Assembly: GCF_001194135.2 (NCBI RefSeq) | Contig: NC_068996.1 | Location: 40,070,870 to 40,122,490, forward strand | Reading direction: 5' to 3' | DNA length: 51,621 nt | Source of the DNA: Octopus bimaculoides | Taxonomy: Eukaryota | Shown: one piece after another, positions 12,140-23,470 of the stretch | How positions within the stretch are numbered: the stretch's first letter is position 1 | Layout of the letters: each line of letters begins with the position of its first letter | Translations under genes and position numbers: made by a program | Notes under the pieces: model-generated | What the model was told of the DNA's origin: nothing | The model's input: only the letters and a program-made list of their open reading frames with translations | The model's database searches: none

Positions 12140-12300
12140 ACAGAAGCATTTGGATGCTATACAAAATGCCTTGTGACATTTCTTCCAACGTAACGTTCTG
12201 AGTTCAAATACAGCTGGGGCAGACTTTAATCTTTCATCCTTTTGGGACGGATGAAATAAATAAGAGTTGAATATTGGGGCCAATATTATCAACTAGACTC
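12140..12300 (+). mobile_element. tRNA-derived SINE family S2, diverged
   Basis: gttctgagttcaaat...gactttaatctttcatccttttggga. Confidence 0.65.
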
Positions 12301-12419
12301 ACCCACACACACACACACAGCAGCAGCACTACCACCACCTTCCCAAAGTTGCAGGCATTGTGCCAAAATGTGAAACCGGTATTTATAAATGCATAGATAT
12401 TAACTCACACCATCTCCTT

Positions 12420-12875
12420 CAATCACTTCCCTGCTCTCTCAACCACATGGTTCCAGGTTCAATCCACTGCATGGCACCTTGGGCAAGTGTCTTCCGCTGT
12501 AGCTCCATGCCTCCTCGAGATTGGATTTGGTACATGGAAACTGAAAGAAGCCTGTTGTCTATGTATACGTACAGGTGTGTGTGCGCGCATTCACATGTGA
12601 GTTTATGTGTGTGGTGTGTGCGTGCGTTACTATCTCCTTGCCTTGACCTCTTGTGATAGTTTTAATTGGATGTCACTGTTATACAAGGAATGTTCATTGT
12701 TTTCCAATCTTCTATGAAAGCACATCTGGTCTTGGGGAATATTGTCTTATTTGGAAACAACTGTGGACAGTCAACAAAATGGACATCTGGCTGTAGAAAA
12801 ATCTGCCCCAACAAATTCCATCTGACTCATATAAACACGGAAATGTAAATATTAAAAGGATTATGATGATGACAA
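12420..12875 (+). mobile_element. S1 head joined to tail-B (RTE-like tail) SINE
   Basis: S1 5' half, (TG) tract, then tail-B module. Confidence 0.7.
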
Positions 12876-12906
12876 CGATGTGTGTACTATATGACTATAT
12901 ATATAT

Positions 12907-13855
12907 CATTATCATCATCATCATCATCAACGTTTAACGTCCGCTTTCCATGCTGGCAAAGGTTGAACGGTTTGACTGAGGACTGACAAGCCAGAAGGCT
13001 GCACCAGGCTCCAATCTGATCTGGCAGAGTTTCTACAGCTGGATGCCCTTGCTAACGTCAACCACTCCGAGAATGTAGTGGGTGCTTTTACGTGCCACCG
13101 ATACGAGTGTCAGTCAGGAGGTACTGGCGACGGCTACACTCAAATGGTATTTTTTATGTGCTACCTGCACAGAAGCCAGTCCAGTGGCACTGGCAACAAC
13201 CTCGCTTGAATGTTGCTTTTCACGTGCCACTGGTAACGACACGCTCGAATGGTGCTTTTTACGTGCCATTGGCACAGGAGCCATTCAGCGGCTCTGGCAA
13301 CGATCACACTCAGATGATGCTTTTAATGTTCCACTGGCAAAAGTGCCAGTCATGCAGTGCTTTCATCGGCCACGTCACCGAATTTGATTTTGATTGTCAT
13401 TTCACTTGTCTCAGCAAGTCTTCGCAAGCAAAGTTTAGTGTCTAATGAAAGAAAGGTACGCATAAGTAGGCTGGTTACACCACTGGCATAGGCAATGGGT
13501 TATGGTCTCACTTGGCTTGCTGGGTTTTCTCAAGCACAGCATATTTCCAAAGGTCTCAGACACTAGTCATTGCCTCGGTGAGGCCTAATGTTCAAAAGTT
13601 GTGCTTCACCACCTCATCCCAGGTCTTCCTGGGTCTACCTCTTCCACAGATTCCCTCAACTGCTAGGGTGTGACACATCTTCACATAGCTGTCCTCATCC
13701 ATTCACACCACATGACCATACCGGCGCAGTCATCTCTCTTGCACACCACATTTGATTCTTCTTATGTCCAATTTTTCTCTCAAGACGCTTACACTCTGTC
13801 GTGTATGCACACTGACATTACACATCCAGCGGAGCATACTGGCTTCATTCCTTAT
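12907..13855 (-). mobile_element. RTE-clade LINE 3' fragment (ORF C-terminus, 3' UTR, (GAT)n tail)
   Basis: RNEASMLRWMCNVSVHTRQSVSVLREKLDIR...GHVV*MDED...GRGRPRKTWDEVVK...EKTQQAK*; UTR with tandem subrepeats; ends ggacgttaaacgttgatgatgat. Confidence 0.9.
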
Positions 13856-14133
13856 ATATACATGCAGGGTGTTTGGACTAAATTTGTTTTTTATGTGTAC
13901 TATATAACTACACACACACACACACAACCCTTTGGACATTTTTTACGCTAGTAACTATGAATGGCAAAGCATTTAATCCACAGGTGAGTGTTAACCAAAA
14001 TAACTGTTATAGCTTTTTTCTATCAAAAGAGTGTACTAACTATTGTGACTTCAAAGATCAGTGTCCAGCAGTTTTTTTTTTTGTTGTATCAGACATTCCA
14101 CCTTGTAAATGTCTAGATTTTTCTATTCTTTAA

Positions 14134-14354
14134 CCCTTTAGCATTCAAACCTGCCATATCTGGCCCAAAAACTTCTATCTGCATTTTGTTCAAACTGGTC
14201 ATGTCCAGCCTCTCACACCTACCCTACAATGTCGTTCTAAAAATAAACACTCACATCATTGTAATCACAAAACTATGAGACAATTCATGATTAATTCAAA
14301 ACAATGTGAATAAATACGCATTACATTTGACAGAGTAATCTGGATGCTGAAGGG
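14134..14354 (+). mobile_element. piggyBac-like MITE
   Basis: TTAA|CCCTTTAGCATTC ... GATGCTGAAGGG|TTAA; TTAA at 14130-14133 and 14355-14358. Confidence 0.85.
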
Positions 14355-14364
14355 TTAAAATCTC

Positions 14365-14610
14365 AATGGAGCCACGTCATTTAGTTGTTAAAGTGTTGGA
14401 CTCATGATCACAAGATTGTAGTTTCGATTCCTGGACTGACTGATGTATTGTGTTCTTGAGCAAGACATTTCAAGTTGCTCTGGTTCACTCTGCTGACAAA
14501 AACGAGTATTTGCTGAAATGGACTAGTATCCTGTCCAGTGGGGAGAAATATATGTGTCACAGAAACAAGGAAGATGGTCCGATAAATCTGTATGACTCAT
14601 GAAAGATCTT
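14365..14610 (+). mobile_element. S4 CORE-like SINE
   Basis: gtgttggactcatgatcacaagattgtagtttcgattcctgg...gttcttgagcaagacatttc. Confidence 0.75.
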
Positions 14611-14850
14611 TATCCACTTTAGAATGTCCAAGGATATATCTTTATATCATCAAAGCAATGAGTTTGGAACAAAGGGGACTAACAGATATAATAGTTATAT
14701 AAACAGAAATTCTACAACCTCTAGTAATACCTCTATCTAGAAACACCCATGTTAAATAAATACATAAATAAACAAATAAGCCTGATAAAAGTTAAGTATT
14801 TACATTATTTTCCCTTCTGTTTTTATTTCTTTCTGTTTTTATTTCTTTCT

Positions 14851-14887
<37 letters not shown>

Positions 14888-15249
14888 NNNNNNNNNNNNN
14901 NNNNNNNNNNNNNNNNNNNNNNNNNNNNNNNNNNNNNNNNNNNNNNNNNNNNNNNNNNNNNNNNNNNNNNNNNNNNNNNNNNNNNNNNNNNNNNNNNNNN
15001 NNNNNNNNNNNNNNNNNNNNNNNNNNNNNNNNNNNNNNNNNNNNNNNNNNNNNNNNNNNNNNNNNNNNNNNNNNNNNNNNNNNNNNNNNNNNNNNNNNNN
15101 NNNNNNNNNNNNNNNNNNNNNNNNNNNNNNNNNNNNNNNNNNNNNNNNNNNNNNNNNNNNNNNNNNNNNNNNNNNNNNNNNNNNNNNNNNNNNNNNNNNN
15201 NNNNNNNNNNNNNNNNNNNNNNNNNNNNNNNNNNNNNNNNNNNNNNNNN

Positions 15250-15325
<76 letters not shown>

Positions 15326-16147
15326 TGTATGTATGTATCTATTCACAGGCATACACACTTGTACGTAAAAATACATGTTCTGATAAATTTATCTATCCTC
15401 CATTTCCTTGCACGTTAGACTACACATACATTATTCCATTTTTAAAAAAAATAAACAATACTTATTCATTTTTAAAAAAATTGTTTTTTTCAATTCTTGC
15501 TTACTCTGAACATTTTCTTCAAATTAATTCTAGTCTATTTCCTTATTTATTGTATTTATATTTAGTCTATTGAAATCTAGCAAGCCTAAACGTTTTTTTA
15601 CATGCTAACTTGTTCTTTTCAGTCTTCTTATCATCAGGTGATTTTCATTACAGCTTATCTCCCTTATGTTACCTCTCGCTATATAATTAATTTGCTTGTT
15701 ACAAATTTCCTTTCAACAACTTCTATTAATGTATCAGTATATTTGTAATTATTTACATGTGTAAATACTAGAGAGTCTATTAGTAGGTTTGTATACATCT
15801 TTGTAAGACTAAATCTTTTACTTGTTTCAATCATTAGACTGCGACCATGTAGGGGCACCACCTTGAAGAATTTTGTTAGTCAAATGTGCTGACACCAGTA
15901 AAGTGGACTTTTTTCTTAGGAAATTTTTGCTTGCCGCTCTAAAAAGTTTCTACACCCTTGGTTTATATTGATCAAATGTTCTTGCCATTCATTAGTTCAC
16001 ACCTTCCATCAAATTGACATTGCCTGAACAGGTGCACAGTGTACCATGCATCAGGTGTCGAAGAGATAACAGAGCAATGTGAGATGAAGTGTTTTGCTCA
16101 AGAACACCAGACACACTTGGTCCAGGAATTGAAACTACAATCTTCCA

Positions 16148-16565
16148 TTATTTACATTATTTATATTTGACGAATATTTGTCCTCATTTTGTTTGTTGTT
16201 AACACAACATTTTGGCTGATTTACCCTCCAGCCTTCATCAAGTGTCTTGGGGAAATTTCGAACCTGGGTTCTGATGCACATGGGCATGTGGTGTAGTGGT
16301 TAAGAGCGCAGTCTACTAACCCCAAGATTCTGAGCTCGATTCCAGGCAGTGACCTAAATAATAATAATAATAATAATAACAACAACAACATCAGAAAAAT
16401 ACCTTAGGAGTGAGAACCCAGGTTCGTGAATTTCCCCCAAGACACCTGATGAAGGCTGGAGGGTATATCAGCCAAAACGTTATGTTAACAACAAACAAGA
16501 TGAGGACAAATATCAGTTAAATGTAAATAATGTAAATAATCCATCATCTCTTAAATGTAGAACTG
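16148..16565 (+). mobile_element. Composite retroelement P1: inverted tail copy + tRNA-like head + (AAT/AAC)n + hammerhead-bearing tail, with 12-bp TSD
   Basis: TSD tacaatcttcca at 16136-16147 and 16566-16577; arms 16147-16272 and 16413-16540 are inverted repeats; head 16282-16355 has A-box-like TGGTGTAGTGG and B-box-like AGCTCGATTCC. Inserted into a minus-strand S4 SINE. Confidence 0.85.
16441..16486 (+). ncRNA. Minimal type I hammerhead ribozyme motif, degenerate copy (G12A)
   Basis: ACAC-CUGAUGA-A-GGCUG(loop)CAGCC-AAAA-CGUU-AUGU; sister copies restore GAAA and the GUGU stem I strand. Confidence 0.6.
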
Positions 16566-18239
16566 TACAATCTTCCAATCATGTGTGAACATATATAAAT
16601 GCAAACACACATCATGTGCGTGCACACACACACACACACACATAAGATGTTAGTATCTTGTAGTCCAAGAAAGGGTTCTGCAAATTCTTGCTGAAAAATG
16701 GTCAGCCTCATTCAGAAATGAGCTGAAAAGAAGATACCCTGAATGGTTGGGCAGAAGTAGCAAATGTATCCATCATTGTTGTTACTTATAACTGCCTGAC
16801 CATTATTCCACACCTCTGTTTTCATTTGGTCAAGTTGGAGAGTATTTGTATTTGTACATTTGCTTCTTATACAGAAGAGATATATTCCACTTGTCAGAAG
16901 ATCCATTTGCCTACCAATACTCTCTGCACAGAGAGGTCAGTATACCATGGCCTGAGGATGTGCCAGCATTCACTGAAGCTGCAGAATCTTTTAAGATTTT
17001 TATATAACAAACAGGTGTGGTCACCAGCTTGTCTCTTTGAAAGAGCTGAAGACTTCAGTTAAGAAATGACCAAGATTAGGTAGCTGTCATCGGTATTGTT
17101 CTTTGGTTGTTACAAATCTTTACCAAATAGGCAACATGGATGATGCACTGCAATCTTTGCATCAACCCTGAAGTGTTAGTGTAGACTAGTGAACTGATAT
17201 TCTCAAGGAATATCATATCATTAACAAACATCAATAAAACAGCCTGGTCCAGAAGACTTTTCATAATGAGGATGATGTATAACCCCTGGGAAATTCCTAC
17301 CTGACTGACAGCATTAACTTGGAGCATTATTGGTTTAGAATAAATTCTACAGATAAAGCAGTACTATCTAAGATATATATAGCATAACAAAACTATTTGG
17401 GATGTACTCAACCATTGCTTAGGCATTGCTGGTTTGTAGAGTTATGTCAAACAACTGCTGTCAGGAAAGATCTGGCTCGCAACCAAATCCGTTCTTAAGA
17501 TTACTATGTTGCCTTCATTTGGATATGAAAGGTAGCTTGTTTTCCTCTTCTGGCTATGATGACAGAGATTTACAATGCGGTGCTTGTGAACCTCCTCCAA
17601 CACTTTCTATATGACCTGGGAGGGCTTGTACCCTACACTGCTACCATTAAGTAGATTACTGGAACTTTGACTAACATGACTAGACCTGGGATGAATACTG
17701 AAATGGTTTCTTGTTGCCTTCTCTTGGTAGGTGGGATTTGAACTCAGAATGTAGAGAAACAGAAAATATACCGCGACCACATGGCCTCTTTGACCAAACC
17801 CTCATCATCGTCTTCAATATTGAAAGGAAGTAAAAGTAGTGAGGAAAGTGCTACCCTTCAGTGAATTTGTTGAAAGGGAGATGAATGAGAAAGGTGAGAA
17901 TGACTAAGTGAATGGGTTTACTCTCAGTATGTACCTGTTACCAGGAGAACAATGCTGGAAGAGGCCAGCATTACCCTTAGTAATTAGAGCAATCTAGAAT
18001 CTGCAACATTCCTTGATTAGCTGAGCCCACCCATATTGGGACATAATATTTTATCATTTTTCAATACTGTTATTCTAACAATCAATTTTGCATAAACCCC
18101 AGCCATTTATTTTTTAAATTTGTCATTGTAATGTCTTCTCATACATTGTCCTAATATAGCAAATAACAGTAATCATCATCATTATTAATTACTATTACAA
18201 TTCCACATGCATATTTAATTAGCAGGTATTTTATCTTAA

Positions 18240-18620
18240 CATTTGGCGACAAAAATTTCCTCAAATTTCAAGAATCTATTTTAGGATTCTTGCAAAGCTA
18301 CTTTTTGCAGGTCAACAATGCAAGTCTCAATTCCAATCACTTTCAGTCAATTTAGTTAGCATTTTAGGTGTTGTGCCACGTGCACCTATTACTACAGGAA
18401 TAATTCTTGCCACAGTCTTCCACAGCTCACTATCATCGTCATTATCATTATCATCTCATTAAGTAATCTGCAAATCAAGTTTGGAATCAACCACTTTTGA
18501 TTTCCAATTCAACCACTTTAATTTCATTTTGCATTTCAGGACAACATTTGAAGTGCAAGAATATCACAACCTCTCCCTAAAGCATTGTTAGTTTTGTATC
18601 TAATTAATTTTCTATTTTTC
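18240..18620 (-). mobile_element. RLE-type (R4/Dong-like) LINE 3' remnant
   Basis: ELWKTVARIIPVVIGARGTTPK...ARILK*ILEI matches the C-terminal pattern (PVVIGALG...ARILRKVL) of restriction-like endonuclease LINEs. Confidence 0.7.
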
Positions 18621-18669
18621 TTTTTTCTTTTTAACTTCTTTTTTTTGTTGTTGCTAACTAAATCTACAG

Positions 18670-18730
18670 AACTGGCCAGGATAACATTGAATGAGAATAT
18701 ATTGTTAAAGGGACTTAGCTTAAAACTCAG
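18670..18730 (+). other. Candidate 61-nt plus-strand exon
   Basis: Long polypyrimidine tract, branch-like gctaac, tacag acceptor, cag|gtacat donor; one open frame (ELARITLNENILLKGLSLKL). Confidence 0.3.
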
Positions 18731-19164
18731 GTACATCTTTCAATTATCATTCAAAAAATAAAATAATTGACTAAACTTTAATCTATTCTAATGTATATCC
18801 ATTTCTACAATAGCCCAAGAATATAACTGAAGACAGTAGGACTGAGTCCAGAACCATGTGGTTGGGAAGTGATCTTCTTACCACACAGCTATTCCTGAAG
18901 AAACACAAGACATGGTAATTAAAATTGTTGTTGGCATTACTGTAATTATTCTTATAATCCGACATATTTCATTCTTCGTAAATATGCATATTTTGAGTCA
19001 AAGCGAGCAATACTGATTCAGCCAAAGTCTACCTTGGCCTTTTATTCTTTAACTATTGATAAAACAAAATTCAGTAACATAACTGGGTCAAGTATAAATG
19101 TGTGACCAATGTCACAGAAAGAAGAAGTCATTGTATGAGAAGACAAATTCTGTGTGTGTGTGCT

Positions 19165-19530
19165 TTTATTCTTTTACTTGTTTCAGTTATTTGACTGCGG
19201 CCATGCTGGAGCACTGCCTTTAGACGAGCAAATTGACCCCAGGACTTATTCTTTGTCAGCCTAATACTTATTCTATCAGTCTTTTTTGCCAAACCACTAA
19301 GTTACGGGTACGTAAACACACCAGCATCGGTTGTCAAGCAATGGTGAGGGGACACAAAGACACACAAGAATATACATATATACACATATACATGTATATG
19401 TTTCCATCTACCAAATCTCACAAGGCTTTGGTCGGCCTGAGGCTATAGTAGAAGACACTTGCCCAAGGTGCCATGCAGTAGGACTGAACCTAGAACCATG
19501 TTGTTGATAAGCAAGCCACTCCTGTGCTTT
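19165..19530 (-). mobile_element. S1 SINE
   Basis: Reverse-complement copy. Confidence 0.85.
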
Positions 19531-19742
19531 TATATATATATATATATATTATACTGGATCACCTTCTCCAATGACCTCTCTGTTATTCATGAATGAATTC
19601 AATAATTGTGTTTTTTTTCTCTAAATTATATATTTATATATTATATATTGTGAAATTTAATTTAATTTTAATTTTGATAAATTAAATTAAATTGAATTTT
19701 TCCCTGTAAATTTGGATTTTTATCCTTAATATTATTATTATT

Positions 19743-19775
<33 letters not shown>

Positions 19776-20804
19776 CATATTTCTGTATATATCACGTATG
19801 TATATATGTATGTATCTATATGCATGTGCATATGTATGCTCAAATATATATATATATATATATATATTTGTCCATATATAAATACTGTCCTAAAATTTTG
19901 AATACATACATAAGCACACACCCTCAAATATATATGTGAAAGAAAGAAACATGGGATGTTGTGACAATCAAGACTTTCTCAAAGGTAGAAAAATTAGTCT
20001 TACAGTTACTTAGTGAAGAAACTTCAAACAGAAATTGAAAATTGATTCCATCTCAGTTTCCCTAAAGTTCACAGAACATGCTTGCCTCTCACAATCTTCC
20101 ACACATTCAATGCCAAAACATCACAGATACACTTCTTACACATATATTGTACATTTTCTGACATTTTCAGGGAGAGAGAGAAAGAAGGGGAGAAAAACCC
20201 ATTTTTTTGCCAACTGATTCAACAGCCCCCTAAATTTCTAATCCTTGTTTATTCTAGCAGCAAACATATCAATTTCATAATTATACATAATAATTTCACA
20301 CCTAACTACAATTATTCACATCACTATCACAGAAGAGCTTGTTTGTATTACACGTTCTGTTACCCTTTACCGTGAAACATGATAAGATTTCCATTCTCCA
20401 GAATGATAAATTACCAGAAGCGGAACAATGCATTTGTTGCTGAAGACTTGACAGAACCTTTAATTATCTGCTTTAAACCTAAACATATCAGCTGCCATTG
20501 ACCTCCAGTTTCTTTTGAAGATTTGAAATAAAAACCTTGATTTGAGGAAGCAACTGTGAATGTAAATATTGGAGGTCATACTTGAACGGCCATGCTATGT
20601 TTATTAAAATGATGCATGTCGAAAGGGAAAGAGCTAGTGAACAGCAGGAGCTGGGAGGTAGGAAATGAGCTGGGTAATAAACGGCTGGAATGAGGTAGAT
20701 TTGATCTTAAAATGTCAGGATTTCCAGAATAATTGTTGATTGGAGATATGTTATGTATTGGTGTAAGGGTCTATCAGAGATGTATCATGCTAAGAAAAAT
20801 GTTG

Positions 20805-20870
20805 ATGATGATGATGATGATGATGGTGACAATGACTGTGGTGGTGGTGGTGGTGGTGGTGGTAGTGGTG
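20805..20870. repeat. (GAT)n/(GGT)n microsatellite
   Basis: Directly visible. Confidence 0.9.
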
Positions 20871-20972
20871 GAAGCAACAGCAGTAAGAGTGTTGGTGATG
20901 GTGCCCTACCTAGTTCCAACCACTTTACCTTGTGTACAGAGTGTACATATGTTTCAATATATGAATGCGTAT

Positions 20973-21012
<40 letters not shown>

Positions 21013-21016
<4 letters not shown>

Positions 21017-21170
21017 CTGTGAGGTAAGTAGCTTGCTTACCAACCACATGGTTCCGGGTTCAGTCCCACTGTATTGGCACTTTGGGCAAGTGTCTTCTAC
21101 TATAGCCTCGGGCCAACCAAAGCCTTGTGAGTGGATTTGGTAGGCGGAAACTGAAAGAAGCCCGTCGTAT
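21013..21170 (+). mobile_element. S1 SINE 5' half ending at gap
   Basis: Ends at gaagcccgtcgtat, where the internal microsatellite begins. Confidence 0.85.
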
Positions 21171-21861
21171 NNNNNNNNNNNNNNNNNNNNNNNNNNNNNN
21201 NNNNNNNNNNNNNNNNNNNNNNNNNNNNNNNNNNNNNNNNNNNNNNNNNNNNNNNNNNNNNNNNNNNNNNNNNNNNNNNNNNNNNNNNNNNNNNNNNNNN
21301 NNNNNNNNNNNNNNNNNNNNNNNNNNNNNNNNNNNNNNNNNNNNNNNNNNNNNNNNNNNNNNNNNNNNNNNNNNNNNNNNNNNNNNNNNNNNNNNNNNNN
21401 NNNNNNNNNNNNNNNNNNNNNNNNNNNNNNNNNNNNNNNNNNNNNNNNNNNNNNNNNNNNNNNNNNNNNNNNNNNNNNNNNNNNNNNNNNNNNNNNNNNN
21501 NNNNNNNNNNNNNNNNNNNNNNNNNNNNNNNNNNNNNNNNNNNNNNNNNNNNNNNNNNNNNNNNNNNNNNNNNNNNNNNNNNNNNNNNNNNNNNNNNNNN
21601 NNNNNNNNNNNNNNNNNNNNNNNNNNNNNNNNNNNNNNNNNNNNNNNNNNNNNNNNNNNNNNNNNNNNNNNNNNNNNNNNNNNNNNNNNNNNNNNNNNNN
21701 NNNNNNNNNNNNNNNNNNNNNNNNNNNNNNNNNNNNNNNNNNNNNNNNNNNNNNNNNNNNNNNNNNNNNNNNNNNNNNNNNNNNNNNNNNNNNNNNNNNN
21801 NNNNNNNNNNNNNNNNNNNNNNNNNNNNNNNNNNNNNNNNNNNNNNNNNNNNNNNNNNNTA

Positions 21862-22147
21862 TTATATATATATATATATATATATGGGAGAATATACAAA
21901 AAATAACAACAGACGAGGACAGGTGGTGTAAATAACAAAAGTATATATTAGTATGACGCTCGGGAATACGGAAAGTCTTTGACGTTTCGAGCTACGCTCT
22001 TCAACAGAAAGAATACGGAGACAAGGAGAAAAACACGGAGAAAAAAAATTGAATAGTGTTCAGTCAACGGTCAATCATAATAATGGCCGATCATAACAAT
22101 GGCTGACCGGAAGTTAGAAATTCTTATTTCAGGAGAGCTAAGAAAGG
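21862..22147 (-). mobile_element. Small Penelope-like/retrozyme-like repeat P2 between (TA)n tracts
   Basis: CpG-retaining ~285-bp unit flanked by (TA)n on both sides; carries a hammerhead-like motif at 21976-22012. Confidence 0.55.
21976..22012 (-). ncRNA. Minimal type I hammerhead-like motif (A6U variant)
   Basis: UCUUU-CUGUUGA-A-GAGC(GUA)GCUC-GAAA-CGUC-AAAGA: stems I and II pair perfectly, GUC triplet, palindromic stem III. Confidence 0.55.
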
Positions 22148-22186
<39 letters not shown>

Positions 22187-22309
22187 GTGGATGCAGCTGG
22201 ATATTCAGGGCTGACCTAAGGCTTAACAGTACCAATAGGGAAACTCTTCTAGGCAAATGGTATTATAACTTAATCTTAACTAGTCACTAAAGAATTATTA
22301 GTACAGGCT

Positions 22310-22852
22310 AGCATTGTGTTATATTTGGTAAGAAGTTTGCTTCCCAACCACATGGTTCTGAGTTCAGTTCCACTGCATGGAACCTTGGGCTGGTGTCTTC
22401 TATTAGAGTCCTGGGCTGATCAAAGCCTTGTGAGTGAATTTGGTAGATGGAAACTGAAACAAGCCTGTTGCATGTGCGTGTGTGTGTATGCACATGCATG
22501 TGCACATGTGTATGCATGAATGTGTGTGTATGTGTATCTGTAAGTATGTATGTAGTTATGTATGTATATTTGTATATGGCTGAGTGTGTCTGAGTCTCCT
22601 TGTTTTCACATCGTGTGGTAGCTGTAAATGAGTGTCACTATTATACAGGCAGTGTCATTCATTTCCAATATTCTGTGAGAATGTGTCTCGGGGTCATGCC
22701 GAAATAGTAATTACTCGGAAACAGGTGAGGGTGGGTGACAGAAAGGGCATCCAACAGTAGAAAATCCGTCTCAACGAGTTCCAGCTGACTGATGCAAGCA
22801 TGAGAAAATGGTTGCTAAAACAATGATGATGATAATGATTATGATGAATATA

Positions 22853-22895
<43 letters not shown>
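22310..22895 (+). mobile_element. S1 head + tail-B SINE ending in (GAT)n
   Basis: S1 5' half, (TG/TA) tract, tail-B module, then long (GAT)n. Confidence 0.75.
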
Positions 22896-22924
22896 ATGAA
22901 GTGAATAGTTGCATAACACATCTA

Positions 22925-23048
22925 CATTTCTATACTTAAGAGATGAGGAATTCTGTACATTATTTACATTATTTACATTCAAAGGATATTTGAAATGTGT
23001 TAACAACAAACAAGATGTAAATAATGCAAATGTAAATAATGTACAACT
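22925..23048. mobile_element. Truncated P1 tails in inverted arrangement
   Basis: Minus-strand tail (ttaagagatgaggaattctgtacattatttacatt) abuts a plus-strand tail (ttaacaacaaacaagatgtaaataatg). Confidence 0.65.
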
Positions 23049-23470
23049 TCTACATGTTCTAATTTTAAAAATTTTAATTTTCAGAAGACAGATACACAAA
23101 TGCTTGAAATCAGTAGGCAACAAACCAAACATAAAATATACACCCCAAAACAGAAAAACCATGACTAGTTGGTTGAATACTTCAGAGCTGAAAGAGGCTC
23201 TATTTTCTCTCTTTTCCCTTTATTGGATTGGTTTTATCAAGAATCTATGTCCATTGCTTTCCCGAGTTCACCAAGAGTGTTCACATCAATACTATTGGGA
23301 TTTTAACTTGAGCTTCTATAAACCTGTGACTGTAGAGAAACTGTAACCAGGAAAGAAACTGAAGAATGTGACAGTTCCAATGTTATGTCATGTGACCACA
23401 TCTTAGACAGTAAATGTGTATCCTCCCTGTCCCGTCCGTGATAACTGGGCAGCAGAAACTATCTCTCCTA

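Noticed and set aside
16282-16355. Functional tRNA gene
   Set aside because: Acceptor and anticodon stems pair poorly and the sequence runs into a SINE-like body; treated as a tRNA-derived head. The same applies to the S1-S4 heads.
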